From: a bacterium
GTDB taxonomy: Bacteria; Zhuqueibacterota; Zhuqueibacteria; Oceanimicrobiales; Oceanimicrobiaceae
NCBI GenBank assembly: GCA_046757025.1
Contig: JBHHXN010000047.1
Coordinates: 1 to 33,119 of the forward strand
Length of the DNA stretch: 33,119 bases
Direction of reading: 5' to 3'
In this document: positions 20,154 to 29,043 of the stretch, one piece after another
How the letters are laid out: every line of letters begins with the position of its first letter
How positions within the stretch are numbered: position 1 is the first letter of the stretch
Notes under the pieces: generated by a model
Seen by the model: the letters and a program-made list of their open reading frames with translations, nothing else
The model's database searches: none
Told to the model about the DNA's origin: nothing
Program-made: the position numbers and the translations under genes

Positions 20154-21815
20154 ATGGAGACCATCGGTAAATACAAAATTTTAGAAGTGCTCGGAGAAGG
20201 GGGTATGGGAGTGGTTTACAAGGCTTTCGATCCGTTGATGGAACGAGAGGTGGCCATCAAAGTCTTGCTGGAAAGCGCCTTTAAAATTCCGGAATATAAG
20301 GAACGATTTTATCGCGAAGCCCGCTCCGCCGGCAAGCTGTCGCACCACAACATCACCATTGTGCACGATTTAGGGGAAATTGACGGTAAGCCGTACATCG
20401 TTATGGAATATCTGGCGGGCACCGATTTGCGCGCCATCATCAAAAGTAAAAAGCCCGTCAGTCTGCTGGACAAAATCGACTATGCCATTCAAATTTGCCA
20501 GGGACTGGCGTATTCGCATTCCAGGAACATCATTCACCGCGACATCAAACCCGAAAATATTCGCATTCTGACAGACGGCAAAGTCAAGATTATGGATTTC
20601 GGAATTGCCAAACCCCTGAGCAGCAAGATGACGCAGACCGGGATGGTCATGGGCACGCCGCACTACATGTCGCCGGAACAGATCCAGTGCGAGAAAGTGG
20701 AAAAAGCTTCGGATGTTTTTTCATTCGGGGTGCTTTTCTATGAATTGCTTACCTCCAGGCTGCCTTTCCCCGGCGACAGTCCGACCACCGTCACCCACAA
20801 AATCGTGCACGAAAAACCACAGCCCCTGGGCGATTTGGAAATCAAAAACCAATCATTGATTGCAAATATCATCCAGAAATGCCTGCAGAAAAATCCCAGT
20901 AAACGGTACCTCGGTTTTTTAGATATTTCTAAGGATTTGGAAAAGGTCAAGCAAGTGCTGTACACAGTTGAAAAGAAAAGAATCGATCAAATTCAGACAC
21001 GGCAATGGAAGTCGATTCAAAAGCAGCTTAAGTCTGCCCGTAAGGCGGTGAAAAAGCAGCAGTACCAGCAGGCTGAAACTTTGCTTACCTCCATTCTGCA
21101 GATGGACCCACAGAATGCCACGGCCCTGGAGCTGATGGCCGGTGTCAATGAATCTCTCCAAACCGCAGCGGAAAAGCAGCAAATCGCGGAGCTACTCCAT
21201 GCGTGTAAAATGGACATCGACAACCGAAAATTCCCGCACGCACAAAAGAAAATCACCCGGATTCTGGCTCAGCAGCCCAATCATTCCGAAGCGCTGTCTC
21301 TCAAACAACGCATCGCGGAATTGACCGCCTCCGATCAGCGGGAAACGCGCATCCTTCACGCAGATGACGATCAAACCATTCTGATTCCAGACAAAGTGCC
21401 AGAGATTGAAAGCGGCACGATGGTTGAAAAACCCATGCGTCGAAAACGTCCCCTAAAAGCTTTGCTGGCAGCAACGGGGTTGCTGAGCCTCGCTTTGCTG
21501 ATTCTCTATCGCGTATTTTTCTATGCTCCCGCGCCTTCGTACGGGTTTGTGGAGCTCAACATTCTGCCCTGGGCAGAAATCGCTAAAATCGTGGGAACGG
21601 ATGAGTCGGCCCAAACGGTGACGCTCAGCGATCAGCTCCCCCGACTCACGCCTTGTCGTTTTAAATTGCCGGCGGGCGACTACACCGTGTTTTTAAGCAA
21701 TCCCGCGTTCGAAGAAACGCTGCGGGTTTCGGTTTCCATCAAAGCCGACCAAATTGAAAAAGTGCAGCAAAAGCTGCCCGGTTTCGATTATCAAACCCTG
21801 GTCGGCCGTTTGTGA
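20154..21815 (+). CDS. Membrane Hanks-type Ser/Thr protein kinase with cytoplasmic TPR-like helices and a PEGA-like ectodomain
   Basis: LGEGGMGVVY, VAIK, HRDIKPEN, DFG, GTPHYMSPE, DVFSFG; TPR-like ILQMDPQNATA and ILAQQPNHSEA; TM LLAATGLLSLALLILY; NILPWAEI..TP..LPAGDYTV. Confidence 0.95.
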   Translation: METIGKYKILEVLGEGGMGVVYKAFDPLMEREVAIKVLLESAFKIPEYKERFYREARSAGKLSHHNITIVHDLGEIDGKPYIVMEYLAGTDLRAIIKSKKPVSLLDKIDYAIQICQGLAYSHSRNIIHRDIKPENIRILTDGKVKIMDFGIAKPLSSKMTQTGMVMGTPHYMSPEQIQCEKVEKASDVFSFGVLFYELLTSRLPFPGDSPTTVTHKIVHEKPQPLGDLEIKNQSLIANIIQKCLQKNPSKRYLGFLDISKDLEKVKQVLYTVEKKRIDQIQTRQWKSIQKQLKSARKAVKKQQYQQAETLLTSILQMDPQNATALELMAGVNESLQTAAEKQQIAELLHACKMDIDNRKFPHAQKKITRILAQQPNHSEALSLKQRIAELTASDQRETRILHADDDQTILIPDKVPEIESGTMVEKPMRRKRPLKALLAATGLLSLALLILYRVFFYAPAPSYGFVELNILPWAEIAKIVGTDESAQTVTLSDQLPRLTPCRFKLPAGDYTVFLSNPAFEETLRVSVSIKADQIEKVQQKLPGFDYQTLVGRL

Positions 21816-21844
21816 CGATCAAACAGATTTGATGAGGGGAAAAA

Positions 21845-22915
21845 ATGACGACGCAAATGAATAATTTGATTTTGATCATCACCTGCCTTTTTTCGTATTC
21901 GGCCTGGTCAGCGGAATGGTACGAAAATTACGAAAATGCTCTGAATGCCTTAAATCAGCAAAAGTGGCAGGAAGCGTTGCAGCTCCTGAATGCCGCTATC
22001 GCCGTCAAGCCCGAGCCGGCAACCCGGGCGCAAACATACGGTACGCAGGTTATCGACTACCTGCCTTATCTGTACCGCGGAATAGTGCATTATAGTTTGG
22101 ACCAAATCGACGAAGCGCAGGCGGATTTAAAAACCGCTGAAATGTACGGCGCCGTAAAACGGGCCACTGCGGACCCCGAAGCCTACCCTTTGCTGCTGGA
22201 TCATTTAGTTCTGGTGAAAAAGCGCATTCAAAAACTAGAAAAGGACAAGCTCGTCGCCTCGATTTTTGAGCTGGCGCTGGCGTTGATGAATCAACAAAAT
22301 TATTCCAAAGCGAAGGAAAAACTGCAAACGGTTTTGAAACTGGCGCCCGAACATGAGCAGGCACAAAGCTATTTGCAGTTTGTTGAAAGCGAAATGGCGA
22401 ATGCGCCACCCACAGATGCGTCCGCTGAAAACGACGATCTGCGAGAAAAATCCAAACCGAATGCGCAAAAAAAACTTCAAGACTTGCTCCATGAGGGTAT
22501 TTTATTATTTAACAACGGGCAGTTAAAAAAATCAAAAAAGAAATTTGCCGCTGTTTTAGAACGGCAGTTAGACTCGCTTCAGGCTTCGAGCTATTTTGAA
22601 AAGATAACGCTCATCGAATCCAAATTCGAAAAGGGGATAACCGCTTACTTTGAGGGCCAAAACGATCAGGCCATCCAATATTTTACCGATGCCGAAAAGC
22701 TGTACCCCCACAGCGCGCACATTTATGCTTTTCTGGGCTGCGCTTTTTCAGCAAAATATTTTCTGACGGGCGAGCACGACGAGGAAATGAAAAACAAAGC
22801 CGTGCAGAATTTTAATCAGGCCAAATCTCTGACTCCGAATTACCATTTGGACCGCCGGTTTATTTCACCTCGAATTATTGAAATGTATGAAGGTTTACAA
22901 ATGAGCAGTAAATAA
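21845..22915 (+). CDS. Secreted/periplasmic TPR protein
   Basis: GAGGGG RBS 30 bp after kinase stop, signal peptide (..SAWSA), TPR motifs (YLYRGIVHYSL, VLKLAPEHEQA, IYAFLGCAF). Confidence 0.85.
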   Translation: MTTQMNNLILIITCLFSYSAWSAEWYENYENALNALNQQKWQEALQLLNAAIAVKPEPATRAQTYGTQVIDYLPYLYRGIVHYSLDQIDEAQADLKTAEMYGAVKRATADPEAYPLLLDHLVLVKKRIQKLEKDKLVASIFELALALMNQQNYSKAKEKLQTVLKLAPEHEQAQSYLQFVESEMANAPPTDASAENDDLREKSKPNAQKKLQDLLHEGILLFNNGQLKKSKKKFAAVLERQLDSLQASSYFEKITLIESKFEKGITAYFEGQNDQAIQYFTDAEKLYPHSAHIYAFLGCAFSAKYFLTGEHDEEMKNKAVQNFNQAKSLTPNYHLDRRFISPRIIEMYEGLQMSSK

Positions 22916-23154
22916 ACTTGTGGATGATAATTGGAGGTAGTCCAGTATCGGGCGTCATTAAACCCCCTGCGCGTTTTTAGCAGGAAGCCATTTGAGACAT
23001 GGCGTGCCTTGTTAAGTAGGCGATTTAAAACCTCTTCGCGATGGCGTTCCTTCGACGAAGTTCAGGACTGGCCCCGCCGAGCCAGGAAGATTTCACCCTC
23101 GGCAAGGAGGCCTTCGAGAACACAGGGTCGTTTTCGTTCAGGCTGAAGCGAATT

Positions 23155-23197
23155 TTTTCATGGTGAGTCCCGAAACAAATTCGGGAAACCATGAAAA
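23155..23197. repeat. Strong REP-like hairpin upstream of the lytic transglycosylase
   Basis: TTTTCATGGT..TCCCGAA-ACAAA-TTCGGGA..ACCATGAAAA. Confidence 0.6.
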
Positions 23198-23305
23198 CTC
23201 TTTAATAGTCCATCAAAACAGATTTTCAACTGGTCCTTCATACTAAAAGTGAACTTATAAAATTGAGATAGAGGTTCCGAGTGAAAACCAATCAAGCGGG
23301 GTAAA

Positions 23306-24808
23306 ATGAAAAGACTGCTAAAAAAAATCGGCTGGTATCTCATCTCCAGCAAGTTTTCTATTTTTATTTTCGGCGTGGCAGCCGGCTGGATTCTTTCGGT
23401 GGTCGTGCTTAAAATTCCGACGGAATATTTGTTTTCAACCCATGAAACCGATATTGAGGTGGAAACCAGGAAGTTCGATCCGTTCGAAAAATTTACGGTT
23501 CCGCTCAACGATCGCATCAGCGCCAAGATAAACTCCTACCTTAGTCCGGGCCGGCGGGTAGATTTGCTGTCCAGTTACAAACGCTCCGGCAAATACCTGC
23601 CGATGATCACGGCCATTTTTGAGGAATACAACTTGCCGCAGTATCTGGTCTATTTACCCATCCTGGAAAGCCGTTTTTTACCCAACAGTCGTTCCCGCGC
23701 CGGCGCCGTCGGGCTGTGGCAAATCATGCCGGTAACCGCTTCCGAATACGGTTTAAAATACAATCGCTGGATCGATGAAAGACGAGATCCCGAAAAGTCC
23801 ACCATTGTCGCCGCCGAATACCTGCAGTTTCTGTATGACAAATTCAAAAATTGGGAGCTGGTCCTGGCCGCTTACAATTACGGCTACGGCAAGCTGCTGC
23901 GTGCCATGCGGCGAGATAAAGCCAAGAGTTTCTGGCAGCTCAAACGCATTCCCAGAGAGACCTACAATTTTGTCCCCAATTTCTACGCGATTTTGCACAT
24001 CTTCGCCAATCCGGAAAAATACGGCGTGCGGCTGCCGGACAAAAACACCCCACTGGAATACGAAACCATCGACATCGAAGCCACTTTTTCCATCGATCAA
24101 ATCGCCCGCTTAGCCAATGTGTCTCCGTCCATCATCAAAAGTTTTAATCCGGCTCTCACCGGCAACATCGCGCCCAGCGGCAAGTACTCCATCCGGGTAC
24201 CCACGGGCGTGAAGGAGCATTTTCTGGTGCAATACAAAAAAAATCCGCTGGACCGCGTGGAAATCACCTACACCACCTATCGTGTTAAAAAAGGCGACTC
24301 GTTGTACAAAATCGCCAAAAATTTCGGCACCACGGTGAATGCCATCCGCGCGGATAACAATCTCCGCAGCAGCCGCTGGATACCCGTAGGTCTAAAATTG
24401 CGCATTGCCGCCATTACTGTCATAAAGCAATCGGTGTCCCCCGAAACAACGGATATGCTCACGGCCCAGGCCAGCGACTCATCGCAGATCAATAAAATCA
24501 AGTTCGTTTATAACGTAGAAAGGGAAGGGTTGGATGTCGCTACCCTGGCGCGCTACTATGCGGTTTCCGAAAATAATTTAAAAGAGTGGAATCCCTGGCT
24601 GGATTCCAATAAATTGCAGCAAGGTGAAGATGTGTACATTTTTAAATCTCTGGATGAAGTCACATTTCATCGCACCCGCCGGGGCGATTCGCTCTGGAGG
24701 CTGGCGAAAAGATACCACACCACCGTAGCCAATCTCAAACGCTGGAACCAGATTTGGGGATCCAAGATCTATCCCGGCAGCCGGTTGATCGTGGGGTTGC
24801 GGGGTTAG
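23306..24808 (+). CDS. mltD: MltD-type lytic murein transglycosylase (SLT domain + LysM repeats)
   Basis: PILES (catalytic Glu), GAVGLWQIM, DERRDPEKST, LAAYN; LysM YRVKKGDSLYKIAK and RRGDSLWRLAK; N-terminal TM anchor. Confidence 0.92.
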   Translation: MKRLLKKIGWYLISSKFSIFIFGVAAGWILSVVVLKIPTEYLFSTHETDIEVETRKFDPFEKFTVPLNDRISAKINSYLSPGRRVDLLSSYKRSGKYLPMITAIFEEYNLPQYLVYLPILESRFLPNSRSRAGAVGLWQIMPVTASEYGLKYNRWIDERRDPEKSTIVAAEYLQFLYDKFKNWELVLAAYNYGYGKLLRAMRRDKAKSFWQLKRIPRETYNFVPNFYAILHIFANPEKYGVRLPDKNTPLEYETIDIEATFSIDQIARLANVSPSIIKSFNPALTGNIAPSGKYSIRVPTGVKEHFLVQYKKNPLDRVEITYTTYRVKKGDSLYKIAKNFGTTVNAIRADNNLRSSRWIPVGLKLRIAAITVIKQSVSPETTDMLTAQASDSSQINKIKFVYNVEREGLDVATLARYYAVSENNLKEWNPWLDSNKLQQGEDVYIFKSLDEVTFHRTRRGDSLWRLAKRYHTTVANLKRWNQIWGSKIYPGSRLIVGLRG

Positions 24809-24984
24809 TAGAAAACACACGCGAAAGCGTCTGTGTGAAAACGAAACGCAAGCATCTTGCTTGCGAGAATGCATTTGCAAAGAACAAAAGAATTTAGCAA
24901 AAAGAATTGACCTGTTTTAACAAGCCAGAGACTTGTTTTACCCTGTTTTCACACAAGTTCTCAAGCCAGAACCTCCGAAATCGT

Positions 24985-25851
24985 ATGCAGACAAAACAAA
25001 ATCTCAAAGCAGGCCTGGATCCCCAAAGGGCCATCGCCCTCATCACCGGGGGCGGCGGAAAGATCGCTGAAGCCGTTGCAGGAAATCTGGATGAGCTGGG
25101 CTATGGACTCATTCTGGTGGATATCAGCCAGAAAAGCCTGGCGCGTGTGGCCGCGCAACTTACTCAAATTCCCATCTTGATTCAATGCGATCTTTCGCGG
25201 CCGGCTGAAATGCAGAAGTTGCTCGCTCGCGTTGAATCTGAATATTCGGCCATTCAGGTGCTCATTAACTGCGCCGGTTATATTCAACCCGGAGAATTAG
25301 TTGATTTACGCGCAGAAGAAATCGACAAGCATCTGCAAGTCAACCTGGCCAGTGTGATGCAGCTCACGCGCGGCGTCGCCGCTTTGATGAAAGCGCGAAA
25401 ACGCGGTCACATCATCACGCTTATTTCCATGGGCGGCATTATCGCGCTGGCGGGCAGCGCCTGTTATTCGGCTACCAAATTCGGGCTGCGCGGTTTTAAT
25501 CATGCTTTACACATCGAGCTAAAGCCCCACAACGTGCAGGTGTGCGGGGTGTTTCCTTCGGCGGTGGATACGCCGATGCTGCAGCACGAGATCGAGCACC
25601 ATGGCTCGGCGCTCAATTTTGTGGGCGCGGTGCAAAATCCTGAGAAAGTCGCGCAAAAAGTCATGCTGGCGCTGCGTTGCAATAAAGTCGAAATCTACGT
25701 ACCGTACGCAGGCAGTTTGTCGGCGCGGCTGCTGGCCGCCTGCCCCGGGCTATTCACACGATTGTACCCGCTGCTGGAGTGGATAGGTAAAAAGGGGCGA
25801 CAGAAATACCTTCAGCAGTGCAAACGCAAGTTGGTTCATTCAACAAATTGA
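24985..25851 (+). CDS. Short-chain dehydrogenase/reductase
   Basis: TGGGGKIA (variant Gly motif), NCAG, YSATK, PSAVDT; ATG 24985 preferred over TTG 24907. Confidence 0.88.
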   Translation: MQTKQNLKAGLDPQRAIALITGGGGKIAEAVAGNLDELGYGLILVDISQKSLARVAAQLTQIPILIQCDLSRPAEMQKLLARVESEYSAIQVLINCAGYIQPGELVDLRAEEIDKHLQVNLASVMQLTRGVAALMKARKRGHIITLISMGGIIALAGSACYSATKFGLRGFNHALHIELKPHNVQVCGVFPSAVDTPMLQHEIEHHGSALNFVGAVQNPEKVAQKVMLALRCNKVEIYVPYAGSLSARLLAACPGLFTRLYPLLEWIGKKGRQKYLQQCKRKLVHSTN

Positions 25852-25873
25852 CAAAAAAAGAGACGTTGCGCAA

Positions 25874-26341
25874 ATGGAAAGAAGTATCAAAATCATCGCT
25901 ATTTTACATGGCACCACCGCCGTGGGTATCGTGATCTTCTGGATAGGATTTTACAATGGAGTCCTTTTTCCAGTGGCGTTCATGCGTTCAAAAATCGCCC
26001 ATTTCGACGGTTATTACGCCTGGGAAACCGCTTTCACCATTCCGGACATGTTACTCGCCAGCGCCATGATGTTTGCCAGCGTACGATTGCTAAAAAACCA
26101 AAATGACCAGACGGCGGTATATATTTTACTTTCCGCTTCCGGCGCCCTGATCTTTCTGGGTCTGCTGGATTTTGTTTACGACCTCGGCAATGGCATGTAC
26201 CGATTACATCATTTTTACTCGTACCTGCTGTTGTTGATCGGCGTGTGTTTACCCATTCTGGGATTGGTCTCAATTTTTGTTTTGAACAAACATAGCCGGC
26301 AGCTAAACCTAAAAAAGGAGCCCAAAGCATGGCAAAATTAG
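25874..26341 (+). CDS. Small four-TM membrane protein of unknown function
   Basis: 155 aa, four hydrophobic segments, WETAFTIPD motif; overlaps the start of the next gene. Confidence 0.8.
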   Translation: MERSIKIIAILHGTTAVGIVIFWIGFYNGVLFPVAFMRSKIAHFDGYYAWETAFTIPDMLLASAMMFASVRLLKNQNDQTAVYILLSASGALIFLGLLDFVYDLGNGMYRLHHFYSYLLLLIGVCLPILGLVSIFVLNKHSRQLNLKKEPKAWQN

Positions 26342-27855
26342 ATCGTTTGGATAACTGTCTTTCCACCCGCGAAGGGCATCTGTTTGTGGAAGAATGCGAT
26401 ACGGTGGAGCTCGTCAAGCAATTCGGTTCTCCGCTGTGGGTGGTCTCGGAGGATCAGTTGCGCAGAAACCTCCGCCGTTTTCAAATCGCTTTTCAAAAAG
26501 GCTGGCCAGACGGGCCAGTGAAAGTCATGCCGGCAGTGAAAGCAAGCTGGGTTTCGGCGGTGCAGAGAATTATAGCCGCCGAAGGGTGCGGCTGCGACAT
26601 CTATTCGCCGGGAGAATTGACCATCGCGCTGCAGGCCGGCTTCGACCCGCAATTCATCTCGGTCAACGGCGTGCCCAAGCCGGCGGAGCACATTTACCGC
26701 TGCGTCAAAGAAGGGGTGCGCCTCACCATCGACAGCGTGGAGGAGGTGGACGTCATCGAGCAGGCAGCCAGGGCTCTGAAAAAAACCGCAAAAGTTCGAC
26801 TGCGGCTCAAGCCAGCGCTGTCGGAATTCACCGACCACAGCGATTTTGTGGCAGAAGGATTCGTTCCAACTGACATCGCAGCTCTGGCTTACAAAGGCGG
26901 CCTTTCCACAGAGGAGGTGCTGAAAATTGCGCAAAGACTCATCAAAATGAAGAACGTCAAGCTGGTTGGATTTCATCAGCATCACGGCCGGCACCATCGT
27001 TCCACCGACTACTGGCGGGCACAGATGCGTGCTTACGCAAAGGAGATGGGCAAAGTGGCGCAAGCGCTGGGTGGCTACCAGCCGCAGGAAATCGACATCG
27101 GCGGCGGCTTTGCCATTCCCCGGGATCCGCACAATGCTGCTACCGATTACAGCGAACCCGTGCAACTGGCGGCGCTGCACACCCTCTCCAAAGGCCTGCG
27201 GCTGCTGGGAGAGGAGCGGCGGTACAAGGTTTTGTCGCGGCTGCTGGAATCGTTTGCCATGTTTCCCAATCAAACCGCCGCGCCGGAGATCGAAGAATAT
27301 GCTGAAGTCTGTACCGGCACCTTACGCCAGGAACTGCCGCGACACGGCATCGAGACCAGAGGCATGATGCTGCAGCTTGAACCAGGGCGAAGCTTACATG
27401 GCAACACCGGCATCCATCTGACCACGGTGTGCAATCTCAAACGCATGACTTCCCCTATTAAGTGGCACCAGGTGATCGTGGACACCACGGAGTTCTGGCT
27501 CACCGGCGGTCGTTACGAGCATCATTTACACGATTATGTCTTTGCGAATAAAACAAATGCCGAAATGGTGGACAAAGCAGACGTCATCGGCGCCAGTTGT
27601 TTTGGCGACCGCGTGCTGCCCACCGTGGCCATTCCCGAAGTGGAGGTGGGCGATATTCTGGCCCTGCTGGACACGGGTGCGTACCAGGAAGTCTCCATGA
27701 GCAACTTCAACGCCATGCCGCGACCGGCGACGGTGCTGGTGACCGGCGCCAGCGCCAGCCTCATTCGCCAGCGCGAAACCGAAGCCGACGTCATCAAGCG
27801 GGATGTCATCCCGGAGCACTTGGAGAGAAAAAAGACCGTGGAAGTGTCCGATTGA
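26329..27855 (+). CDS. PLP-dependent group IV (Orn/DAP/Arg) decarboxylase, LysA-like but non-canonical
   Basis: PAVKAS (PLP lysine), SPGE, HQHHG, DIGGG, EPGR, GASCFGD, GAY..SNFN..RPA; AAGGAG RBS. Confidence 0.88.
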   Translation: MAKLDRLDNCLSTREGHLFVEECDTVELVKQFGSPLWVVSEDQLRRNLRRFQIAFQKGWPDGPVKVMPAVKASWVSAVQRIIAAEGCGCDIYSPGELTIALQAGFDPQFISVNGVPKPAEHIYRCVKEGVRLTIDSVEEVDVIEQAARALKKTAKVRLRLKPALSEFTDHSDFVAEGFVPTDIAALAYKGGLSTEEVLKIAQRLIKMKNVKLVGFHQHHGRHHRSTDYWRAQMRAYAKEMGKVAQALGGYQPQEIDIGGGFAIPRDPHNAATDYSEPVQLAALHTLSKGLRLLGEERRYKVLSRLLESFAMFPNQTAAPEIEEYAEVCTGTLRQELPRHGIETRGMMLQLEPGRSLHGNTGIHLTTVCNLKRMTSPIKWHQVIVDTTEFWLTGGRYEHHLHDYVFANKTNAEMVDKADVIGASCFGDRVLPTVAIPEVEVGDILALLDTGAYQEVSMSNFNAMPRPATVLVTGASASLIRQRETEADVIKRDVIPEHLERKKTVEVSD

Positions 27856-27920
27856 ACATCGTTGCATGTTTATTTCAAGAGGATAATTTGAAGTCAGTTT
27901 AAATCACCCTTATTCAACAT

Positions 27921-27955
27921 AAAAAAGGGAGCCTCAAAGCCATGAGACTCCCTTT
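27921..27955 (-). terminator. Rho-independent terminator between convergent operons (possibly bidirectional)
   Basis: AAAGGGAG..CTCA-AAGCCA-TGAG..CTCCCTTT stem with A6 on the left (U tract on the minus strand). Confidence 0.78.
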
Positions 27956-27974
27956 GCTTGCTCAATGCTTCGCG

Positions 27975-28163
27975 CTATTCCTTCTTGCCCCCTCCGTCAA
28001 TGATCATTTTCGCTGTCAGCAGGATCAAAACGCCGAGATAGAGAAATGAAACGCCAAAAGGCCACAGCGTGCGTGTTGGCGCCACCATATTGGTCAAAAA
28101 TGCCAGCCCTGCAAAGACCACGGTGACAATTAACCACTGGGTAAGATATTTTTGGAAGGTCAT
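27975..28163 (-). CDS. Small two-TM membrane protein (62 aa)
   Basis: AGGAGG RBS well spaced from ATG 28163; two hydrophobic helices; followed by terminator. Confidence 0.75.
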   Translation of the reverse strand: MTFQKYLTQWLIVTVVFAGLAFLTNMVAPTRTLWPFGVSFLYLGVLILLTAKMIIDGGGKKE

Positions 28164-28230
28164 TTTACACACCTCCTGTTTTAGTGAATAATTTGATCAC
28201 TCCCCCATTTTGAACGACATCAACCCCCGG

Positions 28231-29043
28231 TTATCTTTTCAACGCCTGATTGAGTTCGTCTCTGGAAATTCTCTGTGTTTTAGCTAAATCGTCTGTAAGC
28301 AGTTTAATACGCAGCACGATGGCGGTGAGATGGTCGTTGGCGCCTTTCTGGTAGCAGTTTTCTTTGAATATCTGACAAACCAGGTTTAAATCGTGGTGGT
28401 TGTTTTTGAGATTGTCGAGCATTTCTGCTGGCGAGTTGTGATTGTAAATACCATCCGTGCACAGGATGAAAATATCCTCGTTTTTCAGAAGGACTTTCTG
28501 CAGGTCCGGTTCCACCTGCGGCTCCACGCCCAGCGCTTTGGTGATGATATTGGATTGCACGTGCTCGAGATTTTTTCGCTGTTTTTTGGGCAGACTGTCG
28601 AGTATTTTCTGCAACCGGGAATGGTCTTTGGTGAGCTGGTGCAGTTTGTTCTTTCGGTAAACATACACCCGGCTGTCGCCCACATGTCCGATGATGGCAA
28701 AATTTCGTGCAAAGGCCATAAGGGCAATGGTGGAAGCCATTTCGCGCTGTTCCTGCTGCGCCAATTGGTAGATGACTTCGTTGCCTTCCGCGATCAGGCC
28801 TTTTACGAAATCAATCACCATCTCGGAGGAGGCAGACAATTTGGAGCGGTTGTCCAAAGCCTTTTTCTGAATGGCGTTGACCGCGGACTGACTGGCTACG
28901 TCGCCGGCGTAAGCGCCGCCAACCCCGTCGGCAATCGCAAAGATGCGTGCGTCGGGCATCACCAGCAGGCTGTCTTCGTTTACTACTTTTTGAGGATTCA
29001 AACCTCGGTCCGTGATGCTGGCAAATTCAATATCAATCATCAT
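28231..29043 (-). CDS. PP2C/PPM-family Ser/Thr protein phosphatase (Stp1/PstP-like, soluble)
   Basis: NEDS, IADGVGG, HVGDSRVY, LTKDHS, ITKALG, LCTDGI, GANDH; start overlaps the SEDS gene stop. Confidence 0.95.
   Translation of the reverse strand: MMIDIEFASITDRGLNPQKVVNEDSLLVMPDARIFAIADGVGGAYAGDVASQSAVNAIQKKALDNRSKLSASSEMVIDFVKGLIAEGNEVIYQLAQQEQREMASTIALMAFARNFAIIGHVGDSRVYVYRKNKLHQLTKDHSRLQKILDSLPKKQRKNLEHVQSNIITKALGVEPQVEPDLQKVLLKNEDIFILCTDGIYNHNSPAEMLDNLKNNHHDLNLVCQIFKENCYQKGANDHLTAIVLRIKLLTDDLAKTQRISRDELNQALKR

Noticed and set aside
22931..23146. 71-aa ORF after the TPR gene
   Set aside because: TTG start, no recognisable motif, lies in a repeat-like spacer.
26329..27855. Gene symbol lysA
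   Set aside because: Substrate-binding CESGD and HIGSQ motifs are altered.
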